Shown here: positions 46,921-56,329 of the stretch, piece after piece
Position numbering within the stretch: the stretch's first letter is position 1
How the letters are laid out: each line of letters begins with the position of its first letter
Assembly: GCA_004212155.1 (NCBI GenBank)
Contig: RXIG01000028.1
Location: 1-64,000 of the forward strand
Source: an archaeon
GTDB taxonomy: Archaea > Methanobacteriota_B > Thermococci > Methanofastidiosales > NM3
Direction: 5' to 3'
Length of the DNA: 64,000 nucleotides
Notes under the pieces: model-generated
The model's database searches: none
Seen by the model: the letters and a program-made list of their open reading frames with translations, nothing else
Told to the model about the DNA's origin: nothing
Made by a program: the position numbers and the translations under genes

Positions 46921-47997
46921 ATGTTTTGCTACAAGTGCGGAAAGGAAGCGCGGCTTGTCGACGGATTGTGCAGGGAGTGCTACGTGAAGGAGCACTCGCT
47001 CATAACGCTTGAGACGCACTATCCTGTAGTCATATGCAAGTATTGCGACACGTACCTCTACGATGTGTGGCGCCAGTTCTCATATATAGAGGACATCATC
47101 GACACGATCCTGGACAAGGCGGCGGGAAAGCGGCGCATACGTGCGGTCGACGATTTCGGTCCCCCCTCCTACGACCCGCTCCAGGTTCGCTACAAGGTAA
47201 TCCCCGAAAAAGAAACATTTGTCGTCGAATGCGAGGTCTATGGCCGTGACGATCCCTTTAGCGATGTTGCGATCACCGAGGACCATGTATTTGTCGTGGA
47301 GCCGAAGTACACAGTATGCCCCCGGTGCTCGAAGAAGTATGGCGGCTACTACGAGGCGATATTCCAGGTTCGCAGGGAGGGCAGGCCCCTAACTGCCGAT
47401 GAGGCGCAGTACTTCATCGACGAGGTCTCCTCGCTGTCCGATGCCGAGCTCGAAAAGAACGAGATGGCGTTCATAGCAAAGGTCCAGACGCGAAAGGAGG
47501 GTGTAGACTTCCAGATGGGATCGCTCAAGTTCACAAAGAAACTTGCCCGGACCCTCCTGTCGCGCTACGGCGGCTCGATAGGGGAATCGCACCGGCTCGT
47601 GGGGTTTGACAGGCAAGAGGGCAAGGAGCGACATCGCACCACGATCGTCTATCGGCTCTCCAAGTTCGAACCTGGGCAGTACGTGTTTTACAAGGGCTCG
47701 CTGTGGAAGGTGGCAAATGCAGTGGACAAGCTTTCACTGGAAACCTTCGATGACGCGGCCACAATCGACTTCAAGAAGGTCGAGAAGGAGGCCAGTGAGG
47801 GACAGCTGGAGATAGTAGGGTCAGAATTCTTACGTAAGGGCCTCATAGCATCGTTCAATGACGGTGCCGAGGTGCTCGCTCTCGACACGTATGAAACGTA
47901 CGAGCTCGAGGCAGCCAGCGTGCCCAAGGGGCTTACCCAGGGCGACCAGGTGCTCTTTCTCATCAAGGACAGCAGATGTCACGTCGTCAACCCGTAG
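46921..47997 (+). CDS. NMD3 family ribosome biogenesis protein
   Basis: FC..CG...LC..C, CPRC...GGYYEA..Q.R motifs. Confidence 0.93.
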   Translation: MFCYKCGKEARLVDGLCRECYVKEHSLITLETHYPVVICKYCDTYLYDVWRQFSYIEDIIDTILDKAAGKRRIRAVDDFGPPSYDPLQVRYKVIPEKETFVVECEVYGRDDPFSDVAITEDHVFVVEPKYTVCPRCSKKYGGYYEAIFQVRREGRPLTADEAQYFIDEVSSLSDAELEKNEMAFIAKVQTRKEGVDFQMGSLKFTKKLARTLLSRYGGSIGESHRLVGFDRQEGKERHRTTIVYRLSKFEPGQYVFYKGSLWKVANAVDKLSLETFDDAATIDFKKVEKEASEGQLEIVGSEFLRKGLIASFNDGAEVLALDTYETYELEAASVPKGLTQGDQVLFLIKDSRCHVVNP

Positions 47998-49346
47998 GTT
48001 ATTCGCACGTGCAGGACACCGTCTTTCCATAACGGTGTTGCATTGACGGGTACGAGCTGCGAGTCAATCAAATACCGCACAAACGTCACTTCCTTCGCTG
48101 GAAGGCGCATCTTCCCCTTTATGACGTTGTTTGGGATACGAAACTCTGCGTAGAGCTCCCCCCCATACGATGTGATGTCACATACCGTACGTTGGCTGAT
48201 GTGCTTTGTCTCGTAGCGCTTGAGCGAGACACCGGCGACAAGCTCGGATGGAGGTGCCTCGAACGGCAGCATGGCGTACAATTTCCCGATCGTTGCCTCA
48301 TCGACGCCGGAGAGGTACGCAACCTCGTCGAACTTGCCGTCCCAGAACTGGTCTATCCCCGAACGATAGATGGCATCAGCCGTAACGGCGTCGACCGTCT
48401 GCGAGGCGCGCGCCACGAAAAAGGCTCTGTCGATCATGGAATCAATACGCTGGTCCTTAGGAGTGACGTTCTTTTTCGTGTAGTTGTCGATGAGCTGGGC
48501 AACTTCTTTCCGTGATACCTTGTTCTCGAGGCAGGAGATGGCAAGATTGGTAAGCACATGCTGGTAACCGGCACGCCTCAATGGGTAATGGAGCATCTCC
48601 TCGTCCTTGTAGGGTCGCCCCATTGCGATCTCCTCCGCGGCAGCCACATTGATGTTGGCGATCTTGAGAAGCTTTGAGACCGAGTATGTGTTGACCACAT
48701 GGAGCAGCGTGTCCATGTCGCGCTTCAGTGGGATGTTGCCCTCCTTGAGCTCGCGTTCTATTACATCTTGGGATTCCTTGGGAAGCAGGTGCCTGACCGG
48801 GGCGGTAAGCCGCCCTGTCTCCAGGATGGCGCGCCGGATATAGCGTCCGGAGACGGTCTCGTTGTCTATTTTGTACGTAGGGGTGATGTGGTATCCCATG
48901 CGCTTCTTGTGAGTGATGGCATGAAGCTCGTTGGCGGCCACCCATCGTATGAGATTCCTATCCTCCCACGATCGCGGAATGCCCATGAGCATGCCCCGTT
49001 CGGCAAACCATCGAGAGACCTCCATGATCCGATCATGCGTCATCTTCGAGGCGGCGGCATCGACGATGTCGGTCATGCCGTCACGCGCCATCATGTCTAT
49101 TCGTATGGGGACGGTGTATGAGAGCGGAAGGCGGTAATGGAGCCCGCGAACGGGGATCGCCTCCACCCCGAGCGCCTCGCAAATCTCCCGTCTGGCCTCA
49201 AACGTCAAAAATGGTGGCGTATGGTGCGCCGTATAATCCTCGTTGATGTAGGCAAAGACATCGCCTACCTTCTTTCCCTCCTTGATGAGGTGTATGTGTC
49301 CTTTGTGCACCGGATCGAAATCGACGCCCATTCCCACTTTATGCAT
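47979..49346 (-). CDS. HIGH-type nucleotidyltransferase (cytidyltransferase-like, archaeal)
   Basis: DFDPVHKGH, VSGRYIR motifs. Start trimmed. Confidence 0.8.
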   Translation of the reverse strand: MHKVGMGVDFDPVHKGHIHLIKEGKKVGDVFAYINEDYTAHHTPPFLTFEARREICEALGVEAIPVRGLHYRLPLSYTVPIRIDMMARDGMTDIVDAAASKMTHDRIMEVSRWFAERGMLMGIPRSWEDRNLIRWVAANELHAITHKKRMGYHITPTYKIDNETVSGRYIRRAILETGRLTAPVRHLLPKESQDVIERELKEGNIPLKRDMDTLLHVVNTYSVSKLLKIANINVAAAEEIAMGRPYKDEEMLHYPLRRAGYQHVLTNLAISCLENKVSRKEVAQLIDNYTKKNVTPKDQRIDSMIDRAFFVARASQTVDAVTADAIYRSGIDQFWDGKFDEVAYLSGVDEATIGKLYAMLPFEAPPSELVAGVSLKRYETKHISQRTVCDITSYGGELYAEFRIPNNVIKGKMRLPAKEVTFVRYLIDSQLVPVNATPLWKDGVLHVRITYGLTT

Positions 49347-49591
49347 GTTCCATGGGTTGAGCGCAATATATTTATATAACTTGTGCAAGACGTTGGCATG
49401 CTGGATGACAGCCGTGTACCGTATGGGTCCTCCGTTGAGCATGCTTTGCGCAAACGATGAGACGGTAGCCAACCCCGGTACAGGACAGCCCGCCATGAGA
49501 GTTATCCGATGGAGAGAGGATTCCCCGAACGATGAATCTTGGATGTTAGTGTGTCGGGCGACATTACTTTCTTTGCCTTTTAGGTGATGCC

Positions 49592-49885
49592 ATGTATTCC
49601 AAGGCCATCTCAGAGACCTGCGACGGTGTGCTTATCGACGTGATGGTAATTCCGAACTCGAAGGAATCGGGGATGGAATGGGACCCGTGGCGCTCCCGCA
49701 TTCGCGTGAAGGTGCGCGCAAGACCGACCAAAGGGAAGGCAAACGAGGAAGTTGTCGGAGTTTTTTCGAGTGTAGGGCCTTCTCGTATTATTCGCGGCCA
49801 TCTCTCCCGTGAGAAGACCGTGCTCATCGAGGCATCACCGGATGAGATCAAGTCATTTCTTGCATCACATCTCCAAAAATCGTGA
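49592..49885 (+). CDS. DUF167 (UPF0235) family protein
   Basis: V.P.S, P..GKAN, G..SREK motifs. Confidence 0.9.
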   Translation: MYSKAISETCDGVLIDVMVIPNSKESGMEWDPWRSRIRVKVRARPTKGKANEEVVGVFSSVGPSRIIRGHLSREKTVLIEASPDEIKSFLASHLQKS

Positions 49886-50105
49886 TATCGGGAGCCATGC
49901 GCGAGAGAAGAGGGATCAGAAAGAGCATGCATAACCGTGCTTCTAGTAGAAGTGCTTTGCCTAGTTAGGATTGCGTGATGCAAGGCTTTCAGGCAGTCAC
50001 AAACATAAAATGATTGAAGTTATATTATTTTTATACCAAAAAGTTAATAAATGGTTTAAAGGATAATATGGTTTGTTACGCATAATAACACGTTCATTTA
50101 TAAAA

Positions 50106-50217
50106 AATACTGTCGTAGGACCCCACCATCATCCAACTCATCCTTAATTAATTACCATTATTGGATCCGAAGGATCGCCTAGGTAGAGCTAGTTCTTACG
50201 ACGTATTGCTGGAGGTG
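50106..50217 (+). promoter_or_regulatory. Putative structured 5' leader of dnaG ending at a GGAGGTG RBS
   Basis: AATAC-T-GTCGTAGGA pairs with TCTTACGAC-GTATT; internal GATCC/GGATC and CTAG/CTAG hairpins. Confidence 0.5.
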
Positions 50218-50223
50218 TTCATT

Positions 50224-51678
50224 ATTAAATCTAATAAGAATTCAGATATAAAATCCAATTCTACTCAAGAAAAGGAAAAGAAAACGGATGTCACACTTAA
50301 AAATGAGATAGGCACCACAAAGTACATCGTACAGGCCACCATAGGTGCATCGGGCATTGTAGAACGCCCTGACGTAGTCGGTGCCATATTCGGCCAGACC
50401 GAGGGTCTGCTTGGCGACGACCTTGACCTGCGGGAACTCCAAAAGACCGGCAGGGTGGGTCGCATACGCGTGAGCATAGCCTCGAAGGGCGGAAAATCCT
50501 ACGGTACCATCTCCATACCATCATCGCTTGACAAGATCGAGACTGCCGTGCTTGCGGCGTCGCTTGAGACCATCGACAGGGTAGGCCCCTGCGAGGCCAA
50601 GATCGCCGTCACGAAAATCGAGGACGTACGGTCGTCCAAGCGTGCGTATGTCGTCGATCGTGCCAAGGAGATCCTCAAGGAGATGATGGACATCGAGGTG
50701 CCAGAGACGCAGGAGCTCACCGAGGAGGTCAAACAGGCCGTGCGGGTGAAACAGATTACCAAGTACGGTCCCGAAAGCCTTCCGGCAGGTCCGAACATAG
50801 ACGATTCTGACGCGATCATCATCTGCGAGGGTCGTGCTGATGTGCTCAATCTATTGAAGTATGGCATCAAGAACGCCATCGCTGTTGAGGGGACATCGAT
50901 CCCCAAGTCCATCGCCAAGCTTTCCAAGGAAAAGACCGTGACCGCGTTCATCGACGGTGACCGTGGCGGCGAGCTGATACTCCGCGAGCTCATGGAGGTC
51001 GGCGAGATAGACTATCTCGCTCGCGCTCCGCCAGGCAAGGAAGTAGAGGATCTCACCCGAAAGGAAGTCTTCAAGGCGCTGCGAAACAAGGTTACCGCCG
51101 AACAGGCGCTCAACGAGCTGTTCGAGCGCACCGAGATTCCCAGTTCGCTGGTCAAGGAGGAACCCGTAGAGGAATCCCCACAACGACATGCGACCGCCAA
51201 GAATCTTCCGCCGCACCCTAAACCTCAGCCACCACCCGTTCCCACGTCACAGGAATCCTCGAAAGGGAGTAGCAAGAAGGACAAGGAAAAGCCTAAGGAA
51301 CGCCCTAGGGACAAGGAAAAGCCTAAGGAAAAGCCCCAATCCCCCAAGGAATCGCGCGAGCCAGAGGAGCTCGAGCAGTTCAAGGAGGTCATTGACAAGC
51401 TTCCCGGCACCCTTGATGCGTATATCCTCGACAAGGACCGCAACGTCAAGCTGAAGGTCTCGGTACGGGACCTCGTCGATGCGATGCGCTACACCGAGGA
51501 TGTGGATGCAGTCGTGTTTGACGGAGTCATCACACAGAGGCTTGTCGATATAGCCGCGGAACGCTCCGTTCGCTATCTTGTTGGCGTGAAGGCTGGAAAC
51601 ATTACGAAGAAGCCGCTCAATCTGAAGGTGCTCTCGTTCAAGGACGTCATCTCAGACTGGCAATCATCAAACGAGTAG
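50224..51678 (+). CDS. dnaG: Archaeal DnaG (TOPRIM; exosome-associated)
   Basis: VVGAIFGQTEGLLG, EGRADV, DGDRGG, FDGVITQRL. Start probably ATT at 50221 or 50224; TTG 50161 is the alternative. Confidence 0.95.
   Translation: MKSNKNSDIKSNSTQEKEKKTDVTLKNEIGTTKYIVQATIGASGIVERPDVVGAIFGQTEGLLGDDLDLRELQKTGRVGRIRVSIASKGGKSYGTISIPSSLDKIETAVLAASLETIDRVGPCEAKIAVTKIEDVRSSKRAYVVDRAKEILKEMMDIEVPETQELTEEVKQAVRVKQITKYGPESLPAGPNIDDSDAIIICEGRADVLNLLKYGIKNAIAVEGTSIPKSIAKLSKEKTVTAFIDGDRGGELILRELMEVGEIDYLARAPPGKEVEDLTRKEVFKALRNKVTAEQALNELFERTEIPSSLVKEEPVEESPQRHATAKNLPPHPKPQPPPVPTSQESSKGSSKKDKEKPKERPRDKEKPKEKPQSPKESREPEELEQFKEVIDKLPGTLDAYILDKDRNVKLKVSVRDLVDAMRYTEDVDAVVFDGVITQRLVDIAAERSVRYLVGVKAGNITKKPLNLKVLSFKDVISDWQSSNE
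51278..51337 (+). repeat. 30-nt tandem duplication in the DnaG linker (DKEKPKE x2)
   Basis: ggacaaggaaaagcctaaggaa occurs twice, 30 nt apart. Confidence 0.85.
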
Positions 51679-51712
51679 GCCACCCGGCCACTCCCTCTTT
51701 TTTTATCAACGA

Positions 51713-52222
51713 TCAGTAGTCAACACCCGCACGCGCAGGTATCCCTTCCGCATAGGGGTGCGACACCATAACGAACTTCGTGGCATAGTGGCACCGTTCG
51801 AGTATCCGCTCAGGTCCCGGCCTCCCCGTCATGATCAGTTCTGTATCCTCTTTTTTCCCATCGATGAGAGACAGCACATCGTCAACGCCGATGAGTCCGA
51901 TTCCAACGGCATTGAGGATCTCGTCTGCAACGACCATGTCTGCATGCCGCGATGCCTTCCTGCACATGTCCAATCCCCAGGATGCAAGCTCGTATTCCTC
52001 CTCGACCGGTTCCCTGTCAAATATGAATCCAAGCGTCCCCGTGCAATGATACGTGAATCCGGTGAATCGCTTAAGCATCATTATCTCGGATGAAGTGCCG
52101 TCCTTGAGGAATTGTATGAACGATACGCTGTTTTCATTCCCGAGGGACCGCAGGGATAATCCCACTGCCCTGCTCGTCTTGCCGACACCTTTTCCAAAGT
52201 ACGCGTGCACCAATCCGTTCAT
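51713..52222 (-). CDS. cobO: Cob(I)alamin adenosyltransferase (CobA/CobO/BtuR family)
   Basis: GKGVGKT, QFLK, DEI, ELIMTGR, HPY..G..AR.G.DY motifs. Confidence 0.92.
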   Translation of the reverse strand: MNGLVHAYFGKGVGKTSRAVGLSLRSLGNENSVSFIQFLKDGTSSEIMMLKRFTGFTYHCTGTLGFIFDREPVEEEYELASWGLDMCRKASRHADMVVADEILNAVGIGLIGVDDVLSLIDGKKEDTELIMTGRPGPERILERCHYATKFVMVSHPYAEGIPARAGVDY

Positions 52223-52526
52223 GAAGTATGGTGGAGGGCGTACTTTTTAATATATGTGCCAAGTGGACTTGTTCTCAAAAAAGATGGTCACGTGGACGTT
52301 GAGTTCCAATAGGGCGGCCATGGGGTGTGCATGATATGCGCACACAATATGAATTATGTTCAATGAGCATAATTGGAACATGCGGAACAGTATGTACATG
52401 TGCGATGGGATTCTACTATTGCCCCATGCCCATTCCTTGATAATTTCGTGCTTAGAACTACTCGTTTTACGCAAAGACAAAGACTCCAAAAAGTTTATAT
52501 AACAACTTATAATAGCGATACTACCT

Positions 52527-52647
52527 GCCGGGGTGGCTTAGGCTGGTTATAGCGCTCGACTCATAAGTTAGTTGGCATTTGGATTCATGCGCTGATGTCT
52601 CGAGCTGAGAAATCGAGAGGCCGCGGGTTCAAGTCCCGCCCCCGGCA
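52527..52647 (+). tRNA. tRNA-Met(CAT), elongator type, with a 46-nt intron (52566-52611)
   Basis: GCCGGGG/CCCCGGC acceptor; bulge-helix-bulge CTCA-TAA...TGAG-AAA at the canonical 37/38 position. Confidence 0.93.
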
Positions 52648-52664
52648 CCTTTCTTGGTGGGACC

Positions 52665-53387
52665 ATGGCATATCATGGCGGATACGAGCGGTCGGCCCCC
52701 TATTACGATGTCTTTGACAGCAAACCTAATATTGCGTTTTTCTTGTCACGTGTCTGTCCCGGGTCCATCGTTGCCGATGTCGGCGCAGGCACCGGGCGCA
52801 TCACGCTGCCCCTCGCGTCCCTCGCATCGCATGTCTATGCCATCGAACCATCCCCCGCCATGAGCGCCATACTTGAACGAAACGTAGCCCAGTGCGACAA
52901 TGTGACCGTCATCGCGTCTGATGCACAGTCGTTTTCCCTTCCAAAACAGTGTGATGTCACGGTGCTATCCGGGGTCTATGACCATTTTCTGAACGACGAT
53001 GAGCGCAAGGCTTCGTTGAGCGCGATCTACGAGTGCCTCAAGCCAGGAGGGATCCTTTTGATGGATGCGTATATCGGCAGCGACGCGTCATCACCACAAC
53101 GATTGGTCGATGAATGTCACGACGGGCCGATGACATACCTGCGATACATTGGGCGCAGCGCAGATGACGGGGTCGTGAACGTATCGCTCAGGTATGAGGC
53201 TTATCGAGACGGAATGCTCGTTTCCAGCGTCTCTGAGCGGTCTCCCGTCTCGGTCTCAACACCTGAGGGAGTAAGAAAAATGCTCGGACACACGGGGTTT
53301 TGCATTGAGCACATATGGTGCGACTATGCAGGCACGCCCTTCGAAGATGGTTCGGACACACTCGTCGTGAAAGCACGGCGCCGCTAG
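52665..53387 (+). CDS. Class I SAM-dependent methyltransferase
   Basis: DVGAGTGR, IEPS..M, LKPGG motifs. Confidence 0.92.
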   Translation: MAYHGGYERSAPYYDVFDSKPNIAFFLSRVCPGSIVADVGAGTGRITLPLASLASHVYAIEPSPAMSAILERNVAQCDNVTVIASDAQSFSLPKQCDVTVLSGVYDHFLNDDERKASLSAIYECLKPGGILLMDAYIGSDASSPQRLVDECHDGPMTYLRYIGRSADDGVVNVSLRYEAYRDGMLVSSVSERSPVSVSTPEGVRKMLGHTGFCIEHIWCDYAGTPFEDGSDTLVVKARRR

Positions 53388-54148
53388 CTCACGTCGTCAT
53401 GGTAATGGAGCGTATGCCATGGCTTTGCAGGGGTCATTACATTAATGTCGATGTCGGGGACGAGATGGCCAAGTTCACGTGCGCACTGTTCCACGCCAGG
53501 CATCTCAGTCTCACGGTGACCCGCATCGATGAGCGTAATGCCCAGATCTATGCCTTTGAGCGCCGCATGGTGCTTGAGGTCGCCTGAGAGGATGGTCGTG
53601 ATGCCCTGCCTGGCGCATGCCTCTATGACATCCTCGTGGAATCCCGAACCTGGCAGTGCGGCCACCCTGTCTAGCTTACTTGCGTTTCCAACGATACGTA
53701 TATCGGTGGTGTGCAACTGCAACTCCAGGAAGCTAACAAACTCATCGATGGTCTCATACTCCACCTTGCCCGTACGCATTTGTGGGGTAGACATCTCGTC
53801 CTCATCGAGACCGATGCGCTGTGCTAGCGCCCATGAGACGCCCCGGGGTGCGAAATCTAGCGATGTATGCGCGGCGTAGAATGTTTGATCCCGTTTGAGG
53901 AGAAGCGCCACCTTGTCCTTTATGTCAAGCTCGATGCGCCTTAAGGGGCTGAAAATGAGTGGGTGGTGGCTCACGATGAAGTCGCATTTTACAGATTGTA
54001 TGGCATCGATCGTGGGGTCGAGCATGACCGTGACGTCTGACACATCGTCCTTGCCATCGATGAGCACGCCGCAGTTGTCCCACGATTCCATGCAAAAGGG
54101 TGGTGCGATCGCTTCCATAGCAGATATGACATCAGCCTTGTCGACCAT
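53384..54148 (-). CDS. Nif3-like dinuclear metal center protein
   Basis: WDNCG, HHPLIF, HTSLD, DAGH..TE motifs. Confidence 0.94.
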   Translation of the reverse strand: MVDKADVISAMEAIAPPFCMESWDNCGVLIDGKDDVSDVTVMLDPTIDAIQSVKCDFIVSHHPLIFSPLRRIELDIKDKVALLLKRDQTFYAAHTSLDFAPRGVSWALAQRIGLDEDEMSTPQMRTGKVEYETIDEFVSFLELQLHTTDIRIVGNASKLDRVAALPGSGFHEDVIEACARQGITTILSGDLKHHAALKGIDLGITLIDAGHRETEMPGVEQCARELGHLVPDIDINVMTPAKPWHTLHYHDDVS

Positions 54149-54149
54149 T

Positions 54150-55892
54150 TCATGCCACCTTCTTCACGGCAACGACGCGCAGCTTGAACTTGAGCGTCTT
54201 ACCGGCCATTGGGTGGTTCGTGTCCACAATGAACGCGTCGTCGGTGATCTCGATGATCGTGCCATTGCCAAATCTGTCGTCCACCTCGTAGTCGTCGGGA
54301 TCGAACGATACGACGATCGTTTCCTCACCCACATGCGCAGTAGCAGCCTCGCCACGGATGGGCACCATTGTGCCATCCTCTGTCACACGTTCTATTGTGA
54401 ATGCATCCTCCGACTCGTCGATGATCTTGGTCTGGAGGTTCTCGTATGTGAAGACCTCGCCAACCTCCTTGAGGGACGTCACCTCGATGGAGACCGTGCT
54501 ACCCGATACTGAGACGATGGTGCCCTGGCCAAAGGGAAGCTCGACCTGGTTTCCCTCGTAGGGCTCGCCCTGGTAACTGCTCATGAACTCCTCTGTCGTC
54601 ATGGTGAAATCTTTTTCGAGCGTCTCTATGATGGGATACTCGCCCACCAAAAACGTCACCTCGTTGACCTTGTCCTCGTCCCACTCGCCGTAACCTTCCT
54701 CCGGCGGCACGGTGATCGTCTTCTCATCGCCGATGCCCATGCCTTTGAGCGCCTCGTTGACTCCCGTTATCATTGTCTGGGTGTTTTGCAGCGTGGTACC
54801 CGGCTTGATCGTCAGTGCGACGGATTTGTGGGCGTTTGAGTTATCAAGAGGCATGTCGGGCGTGACTTCCTCGACGTCAACGAACGTGGAGTCGAACACC
54901 TCGCCGTCCTCGTAATATCCAATGTAGCGCATCTTCACGAAATCGCCTGCCTCGGCGGTCCACTCATCGGCGTCAATGACGCCTTTCTCAATGGACTCTA
55001 CCCTGACCTTGTAATTGTAATGGTCGAGTTCCACTTGCATCTCATCTTCAGATACCTCGGTGACATGCACAGGCACCCATGTATTGAACTTGTTGATGAA
55101 AAACGTCACGTCGGTCTCGCCCTCGTAGCGAACGTGGATCTTCTCGTCTGTCTTCTCGGTAACTGTCGCCTTGCCGTATTCGAGATAGAGCTCACCGCCG
55201 ACCTCACACACTACTTCATAGGTGACATTCGTATCGTCGAATTCGATCACTTCGATGGTCATGCTCTCGGTCTCATACTCCGCCCCTACCTCGGGTTCGC
55301 CGAATTCGTTCTCAAAGGCGGAAAGCGACACCGTTCCGAATCTGTCTATCTCCGTGTCGCGTGACAGGCTAAATGTTCGTTCTTCCCCATGGAGTATGCT
55401 CTCATTCTCGCCCAAAATCAATTCTGCGGGAATCGAGATCTCAGTTGTCTTGCCCTTTTTAAGACCTACGAGCATGGCATCATTCCAATAGAGCGGCAAC
55501 ATCACGCCCTGCACGTTCTTGTACCCGCCTATGGTGAGCCTCTGCGGATTCTTGAGTCTGTTGTCATCGAGCGGCGTATCCACGGTGACGCTGTCCGGAT
55601 TAGGAACGATCGTGTGCTGTATCACCTGTCCTGTATCGTAATAGCATATGAAGTTGAATCGTACCTCATCACCCCGCTCAACGGTCGATCTCGCCTCTGT
55701 GGATGACCGATAGAGCAGTACGCCGGAGACGATGACAATTACAATGAGGGCGAGCGTTATGCCCGTCTTTAGCTGGTTCCGATATTTATACGTTAGCTTG
55801 TTCTTGCTGTGCTTTCGGATATGCTTCTCGCTCTTTCGTTTCTTGAGTTTAGAAGTTTTTCGTGGCGGAGGGGTATACTTCTTTGAGACCAT
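54150..55892 (-). CDS. Membrane-anchored FKBP/SlyD-type peptidyl-prolyl isomerase with tandem duplication
   Basis: Basic N-terminus plus TM helix; GD.V...Y.G...DGEVFDST, VPPEEGYG, DTNHPMAGKTL.F. Confidence 0.88.
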   Translation of the reverse strand: MVSKKYTPPPRKTSKLKKRKSEKHIRKHSKNKLTYKYRNQLKTGITLALIVIVIVSGVLLYRSSTEARSTVERGDEVRFNFICYYDTGQVIQHTIVPNPDSVTVDTPLDDNRLKNPQRLTIGGYKNVQGVMLPLYWNDAMLVGLKKGKTTEISIPAELILGENESILHGEERTFSLSRDTEIDRFGTVSLSAFENEFGEPEVGAEYETESMTIEVIEFDDTNVTYEVVCEVGGELYLEYGKATVTEKTDEKIHVRYEGETDVTFFINKFNTWVPVHVTEVSEDEMQVELDHYNYKVRVESIEKGVIDADEWTAEAGDFVKMRYIGYYEDGEVFDSTFVDVEEVTPDMPLDNSNAHKSVALTIKPGTTLQNTQTMITGVNEALKGMGIGDEKTITVPPEEGYGEWDEDKVNEVTFLVGEYPIIETLEKDFTMTTEEFMSSYQGEPYEGNQVELPFGQGTIVSVSGSTVSIEVTSLKEVGEVFTYENLQTKIIDESEDAFTIERVTEDGTMVPIRGEAATAHVGEETIVVSFDPDDYEVDDRFGNGTIIEITDDAFIVDTNHPMAGKTLKFKLRVVAVKKVA

Positions 55893-56329
55893 CGGTTCAC
55901 CGACAAAACGGTACAATGGAATCATATAAATATTATGGTGGTAAGCTGCTGTGGCTTTGCATGCAAAGCCCTATATCTTCAAGTGCATTCGCACGCTGTG
56001 CTAAACGGCAGGCGTGCAGGATACAATATTGTCCCATTTATCCCCTCGCACGCGCATCAGGAAATGCGTTTCCCACTATGGACAGCCGCATTAAAATCGG
56101 TCACTACGCAGAACCATCATTCGTATTCTATACGCATTATGCAACGAACTAAGATGGAGACCCATAAATGGAATATGCAGGGGGATGAGTATAACAATTG
56201 AGATAGAAAAAGATTTATTTATATTCGTCTATGGGGACTTTATCTCCGATATCGACTTTATGTGCAAAACCCGCCGCTGCAAAAAGCTTTTTTAATATGA
56301 CTAGGAATCTATTCGTAGGTGTAGGCCTC

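Noticed and set aside
49347-49591. 245-nt intergenic stretch as riboswitch, SECIS or small ORF
   Set aside because: Only short stems and partial resemblances (e.g. GGAGAGA..CCGAA) without the rest of any consensus; short ORFs lack RBS or motifs. An Rfam scan would settle it.
52247-52489. 80-aa minus-strand ORF before tRNA-Met
   Set aside because: No RBS or motif, atypical composition, and adjacent to the tRNA promoter.
55935-56201. 88-aa intergenic ORF
   Set aside because: No RBS or recognisable motif; looks like promoter DNA.
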